Shown: positions 29,080-32,000 of the stretch, one piece after another
How the letters are laid out: each line of letters opens with the position of its first letter
Position numbering within the stretch: position 1 is the stretch's first letter
Source: Candidatus Methanophagaceae archaeon
GTDB lineage: Archaea; Halobacteriota; Syntropharchaeia; Alkanophagales; Methanospirareceae
DNA: 32,000 nt
NCBI GenBank assembly: GCA_003194425.1
Contig: PQXB01000003.1
Coordinates: 31,615-63,614, forward strand
Direction of reading: 5' to 3'
Position numbers and translations under genes: made by a program
The notes under the pieces: model-generated
What the model was told of the DNA's origin: nothing
Seen by the model: the letters and a program-made list of their open reading frames with translations, nothing else
The model's database searches: none

Positions 29080-30495
29080 ATGATAACAATTGCGTTGGCA
29101 GGGAAGCCGAATTCAGGAAAATCAACATTCTTCAAGGCTGCTACGCTCGCCGATGTTGAAATCGCTTCGTACCCGTTCACGACGATTTCGCCAAATGTCG
29201 GGGTCGCCTACGCGAGGGTAAAATGCCCCTGCAAAGAGAGAGAGGTTCTGGAGGCTGTAGGAGGTGGTGGAGACGGCAGCGGAGACGGTGGAGACAGTGG
29301 AGACGGTAGAGACGGTAGAGACGGTAGAGACGGTGGAGACGGTGGAGACAATGGAGGTGGCGGAGGTGGCGGAGGCGGGTGTGGGAATTGCGTCGACGGG
29401 GTTCGCTTCGTGCCTGTAGGTCTCTTAGATGTTGCAGGTCTTGTCAGGGGTGCGCACGAGGGAAAGGGGCTGGGAAACGAGTTCCTGGACGAGCTCAGGC
29501 AGGCAGAGGCGATAATTCAGGTCGTTGACGCTTCTGGCGGGACAGACGCAGACGGGAATGTGGTGGAGCGCGGGACGCACGACCCCTACGAAGATGTCCT
29601 TTTTTTCCGGGAAGAACTGACCGAGTGGGTAAAGGGGATTTTAAGCAGAAACAAGCGGAAACTGGAGCGAAAATCTGAATTAGAGACAGGAGCAGGAGCG
29701 GGAGGCGGTGCGAAGACCGCACGGCTGCTTGCCGAGCAGTTAGCCGGCGTTGGCGTGACCGAGGAGCAGGTAAAAATCGCTATTTTGAAATCCCTCGTCG
29801 CGGGCAAGCCCAACCTAAAATCGTGGGACGGAGACGACCTCAAAGATTTAGCCGCGCAGTTGGTAAAGCAGAGTAAAAAAATGGTACTTGCCGCAAACAA
29901 GGCGGACGCAGCACCAGAGGCGGAGGAGAACATAAAAAAGCTGAAGGAACTTTGCGAAATTGAAGGAGAGGGCGAGGTAGTCCCGTGCTCTGCGGAGGCG
30001 GAGCTTGCGTTGAGAACTGCTGCAAAGAACGGGTTCGTAAAATACCTGCCCGGCGACACGGATTTTGAAATCTCTCCCTCTGCGTCGGCAGAAATTACAG
30101 AGAAGCAGAGACGAGGGCTGGAAAAAATACGAAAACTAATTCAAAATTTTGGCGGCACAGACGGCGGCACAGACGGTAGCGGCACAGACGGCACAGGCAC
30201 GGGAACTGGAACGGGCGTTCAAGCAATTATAAATCGTGTGGTCTTCGATTTGCTGGACTACGTGGTTGCGTACCCTGTAGAAGACGAGCACAACTTCAGC
30301 GACGGCTCGGGCAGAGTCCTGCCAGACGCGTTTCTTTTGAAGAAAGGTAGCACCGCGAGAGACCTTGCCTACGCAATTCATTCAGACATCGGCAGGGGCT
30401 TTCTTTACGCAATTGACGCGAGAACGAAGCGGAGGTTGGGGGAGAAGTACACACTGCGGAGCGGCGACATTTTGAAGGTCGTTTATGCGAGATGA
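29080..30495 (+). CDS. OBG/YchF-related GTPase (Ygr210-like) with C-terminal TGS-like domain
   Basis: From the ATG at 29080 it reads MITIALAGKPNSGKSTFF (G1). It also contains YPFTTI (G2), LLDVAGLV (G3), AANKAD (G4), and a C-terminal GDILKVV. The track start at 29029 would overlap tRNA-Phe. Two G/D/T-rich insertions are present. Confidence 0.85.
   Translation: MITIALAGKPNSGKSTFFKAATLADVEIASYPFTTISPNVGVAYARVKCPCKEREVLEAVGGGGDGSGDGGDSGDGRDGRDGRDGGDGGDNGGGGGGGGGCGNCVDGVRFVPVGLLDVAGLVRGAHEGKGLGNEFLDELRQAEAIIQVVDASGGTDADGNVVERGTHDPYEDVLFFREELTEWVKGILSRNKRKLERKSELETGAGAGGGAKTARLLAEQLAGVGVTEEQVKIAILKSLVAGKPNLKSWDGDDLKDLAAQLVKQSKKMVLAANKADAAPEAEENIKKLKELCEIEGEGEVVPCSAEAELALRTAAKNGFVKYLPGDTDFEISPSASAEITEKQRRGLEKIRKLIQNFGGTDGGTDGSGTDGTGTGTGTGVQAIINRVVFDLLDYVVAYPVEDEHNFSDGSGRVLPDAFLLKKGSTARDLAYAIHSDIGRGFLYAIDARTKRRLGEKYTLRSGDILKVVYAR
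29269..29379. repeat. In-frame tandem repeat: 9-nt rgagacggt / ggaggtggc units, about 12 copies
   Basis: Read directly. It encodes GDGSGDGGDSGDGRDGRDGRDGGDGGDNGGGGGGGGG. Confidence 0.9.
30151..30216. repeat. In-frame tandem repeat: 12-nt ggcggcacagac x2, then degenerate ggcacr units
   Basis: Read directly. It encodes GGTDGGTDGSGTDGTGTGTGTG. Confidence 0.85.
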
Positions 30496-30588
30496 ATTAT
30501 AACTTTTACATTTTCATTAAATAATTCTCCCTCTTCTCCTCCCCTTCTTACCTCTATTCTTTATGGCGTCTTTCTATTTACTATTTAA

Positions 30589-31155
30589 ATGCGTGTAATC
30601 GGAATAGACCCTGGAACTGCTCGCACAGGGTGGGGCGTTGTCGAGGTCCGCCAGCAGCACGGAGCCGAGAGACGCGGAGCCGAGGGAAAATTACAAACAT
30701 TAAAATCAATTGACTTTGGCTACATAAAAACAACCCCAAAGCACCCGAACTCAGAGCGGCTGAAAAAGATTTACGAGGCTCTGCTCGCGGTAGTAGAGAG
30801 CACGACGCCCGACGAAATGGCGATCGAGAAGATTTTTTTCAACGCAAATGTGAAGACCGCCTTGAGCGTTGGGCAGGCACGCGGGGTCTGCCTTTTAGCC
30901 GCAGCGGTCTCGGGGCTGCCCGCGTTCGAGTACAACACCTCTGAGGTGAAAAGCGTCGTAACAGGCTACGGCAGAGCGACAAAAAGCGAAGTGGCGAGCA
31001 GAGTAAAAGAGTTGCTTCGCCTTGAGGAGACGCCGAAGCCCGACGATGTTACCGACGCCCTTGCAATCGCTGCCACGCACATTTTTCTGAAATTCTCTGA
31101 AACTGGTGAAACTAAAACTAAAGTCGGACATTCAGGAGCAGCGAGAACGAAATGA
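30589..31155 (+). CDS. ruvC: Crossover junction endodeoxyribonuclease RuvC (bacterial-type Holliday junction resolvase)
   Basis: It contains MRVIGIDPGTARTGWGVV, MAIEKIFFNANVKTALSVGQARGV, EY....K..VTGYGRA.K..V, and PKPDDVTDALAIAATH. All four RuvC acidic catalytic positions are recognisable. Confidence 0.85.
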   Translation: MRVIGIDPGTARTGWGVVEVRQQHGAERRGAEGKLQTLKSIDFGYIKTTPKHPNSERLKKIYEALLAVVESTTPDEMAIEKIFFNANVKTALSVGQARGVCLLAAAVSGLPAFEYNTSEVKSVVTGYGRATKSEVASRVKELLRLEETPKPDDVTDALAIAATHIFLKFSETGETKTKVGHSGAARTK

Positions 31156-31462
31156 ACCAGAAAAAGACGGTCATAAAACCGATAGAAATCCAATCTTTCG
31201 CTCCTTTCAAGTCGGTGTGCAAGAACGGGTACACGAATTTCTGAAGCATAACCATAATAATTGCGACGAGCAGACCGTCTTCTGACGTGGGATTTTCCTT
31301 AAAAACGAAGAACGAAATGACACCTGCGAGAACGCCAAACAGAAGCGGCGTTAGCGTCTTCTTCAGCCCCTCCTCGTACACCTCCCTCTCCTTCTCTTCC
31401 TTCTCTTTCTTTTCCTTCTCCTTCTCTTCCTTCTCCCCTTCCTCTCTCTTCTCCCTCGCCAT
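31118..31462 (-). CDS. Small membrane protein with KE-rich N-terminal tail (possibly EMC6-like)
   Basis: 114 aa. A KE-rich low-complexity N-terminus is followed by 2-3 hydrophobic helices. The family assignment is a guess from size and topology only. Confidence 0.4.
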   Translation of the reverse strand: MAREKREEGEKEEKEKEKKEKEEKEREVYEEGLKKTLTPLLFGVLAGVISFFVFKENPTSEDGLLVAIIMVMLQKFVYPFLHTDLKGAKDWISIGFMTVFFWFISFSLLLNVRL

Positions 31463-31490
31463 TTTCTCAACTTATCTTAGAACTCCTTTT

Positions 31491-31699
31491 GGTTTGTCTA
31501 ATAATTGGTTTGTCTAATAATTAACAAGTCAGCATAGTTTTACCTGTCTAATCTAATCCAGCATAAACTAACTAACTTTCTTACCACACTCATAAACTTC
31601 TCTCATAATCAATCAAAATCTGAACAAGGCAGTTCGAATCTGCGTTTAAACAAGAGAACGTGGTCTCTGCAACCCTCCTCATTTCATAGTCACAAAATT
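31491..31699 (-). repeat. Intergenic repeat module, copy B (core 31635-31699; distal block 31506-31536; 16-nt x2 tandem 31491-31522)
   Basis: This is the reverse-complement homologue of 11034-11200. On the minus strand it starts 5 nt after the glutamate-synthase-like stop and ends about 30 nt upstream of the ATG of the small membrane protein. Confidence 0.85.
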
Positions 31700-31704
31700 C
31701 CAAA

Positions 31705-32000
31705 TTATAAATAGGACAAGCAGTCGTACCGCCCCACCAACTCTTTCACACTCTGCAGCCCGAGCCTCCTTAAAATGCTCACAAGCTCGCTCCGCCACGC
31801 TGCGTACAAATTTACCAGCCGCTGAGCACCCCACTCCACCTCAACAGCCCCGAAAAGTTCAGGGTCGGTCGTTGCAATCCCACGCGGGCAGCCCCTGCCG
31901 GACTCGCAGTTACCGCACCGCACACAGCCCAGAGCAACCAGCTCGGTTGTCCCGAGGACAACGCCGTCAGCACCCAGTGCAATCGCCTTCGCCGCGTCGT
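31705..32000 (-). CDS. Glutamate synthase-like FMN-binding domain protein (N-terminus beyond the window)
   Basis: My translation of the minus strand reads DAAKAIALGADGVVLGTTELVALGCVRCGNCESGRGCPRGIATTDPEL...ELVG. This is the GltB domain-2 C-terminal pattern. The M shown at 31923 in the track is an internal GTG. Confidence 0.8.
   Translation of the reverse strand, partial: DAAKAIALGADGVVLGTTELVALGCVRCGNCESGRGCPRGIATTDPELFGAVEVEWGAQRLVNLYAAWRSELVSILRRLGLQSVKELVGRYDCLSYL

Noticed and set aside
31628-31650. tRNA-like T-arm GGCAG-TTCGAAT-CTGCG at the edge of repeat copy B, considered as a possible tRNA or tRNA-derived att site
   Set aside because: I could not find a matching acceptor 5' strand, D arm or anticodon arm within 50-60 nt upstream. 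Copy A loses the 5' half of the arm. The repeats are inverted, not direct as expected for att sites.

Overview
The window is a chromosomal segment of an archaeon with a methanogen-, ANME- or Archaeoglobus-like gene set. Supporting genes are F420-dependent methylene-H4MPT dehydrogenase (Mtd), O-phosphoseryl-tRNA ligase (SepRS), archaeal riboflavin synthase, the KEOPS subunits Cgi121 and Bud32, a DUF106/YidC-like insertase, archaeal SepF and ZPR1, and two tRNAs without encoded CCA. I call about 34 CDSs, two of them cut by the window edges and absent from the ORF track, plus tRNA-Gln(UUG) and tRNA-Phe(GAA). The content is almost entirely housekeeping. I see no CRISPR array, integrase, transposase or recognisable defence or toxin module, so I cannot point to a discrete novel gene system.

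Five things are unusual:
1. Almost every conserved CDS carries a perfect or near-perfect in-frame tandem DNA repeat. Periods are 6 to 30 nt and always a multiple of 3, and the repeats encode G/E/S/A/K/R/D-rich insertions. Intergenic tandem repeats in the same window have periods of 13, 14, 16 and 17 nt.
2. Two copies of a roughly 170-210 bp intergenic module lie in inverted orientation 20.5 kb apart. They share a 65-nt core with 62/65 identity and a 31-nt distal block with 29/31 identity.
3. A canonical bacterial-type RuvC resolvase gene is present in this archaeal context.
4. There are two low-GC genes: a SAM methyltransferase and a 936-aa beta-helix surface protein with internally homogenised 69-nt repeats.
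5. Bud32 has a C-terminal read-through that runs 177 nt antisense into the convergent gene.

All protein calls rest on motif recognition by eye from the supplied translations. No database search was possible.
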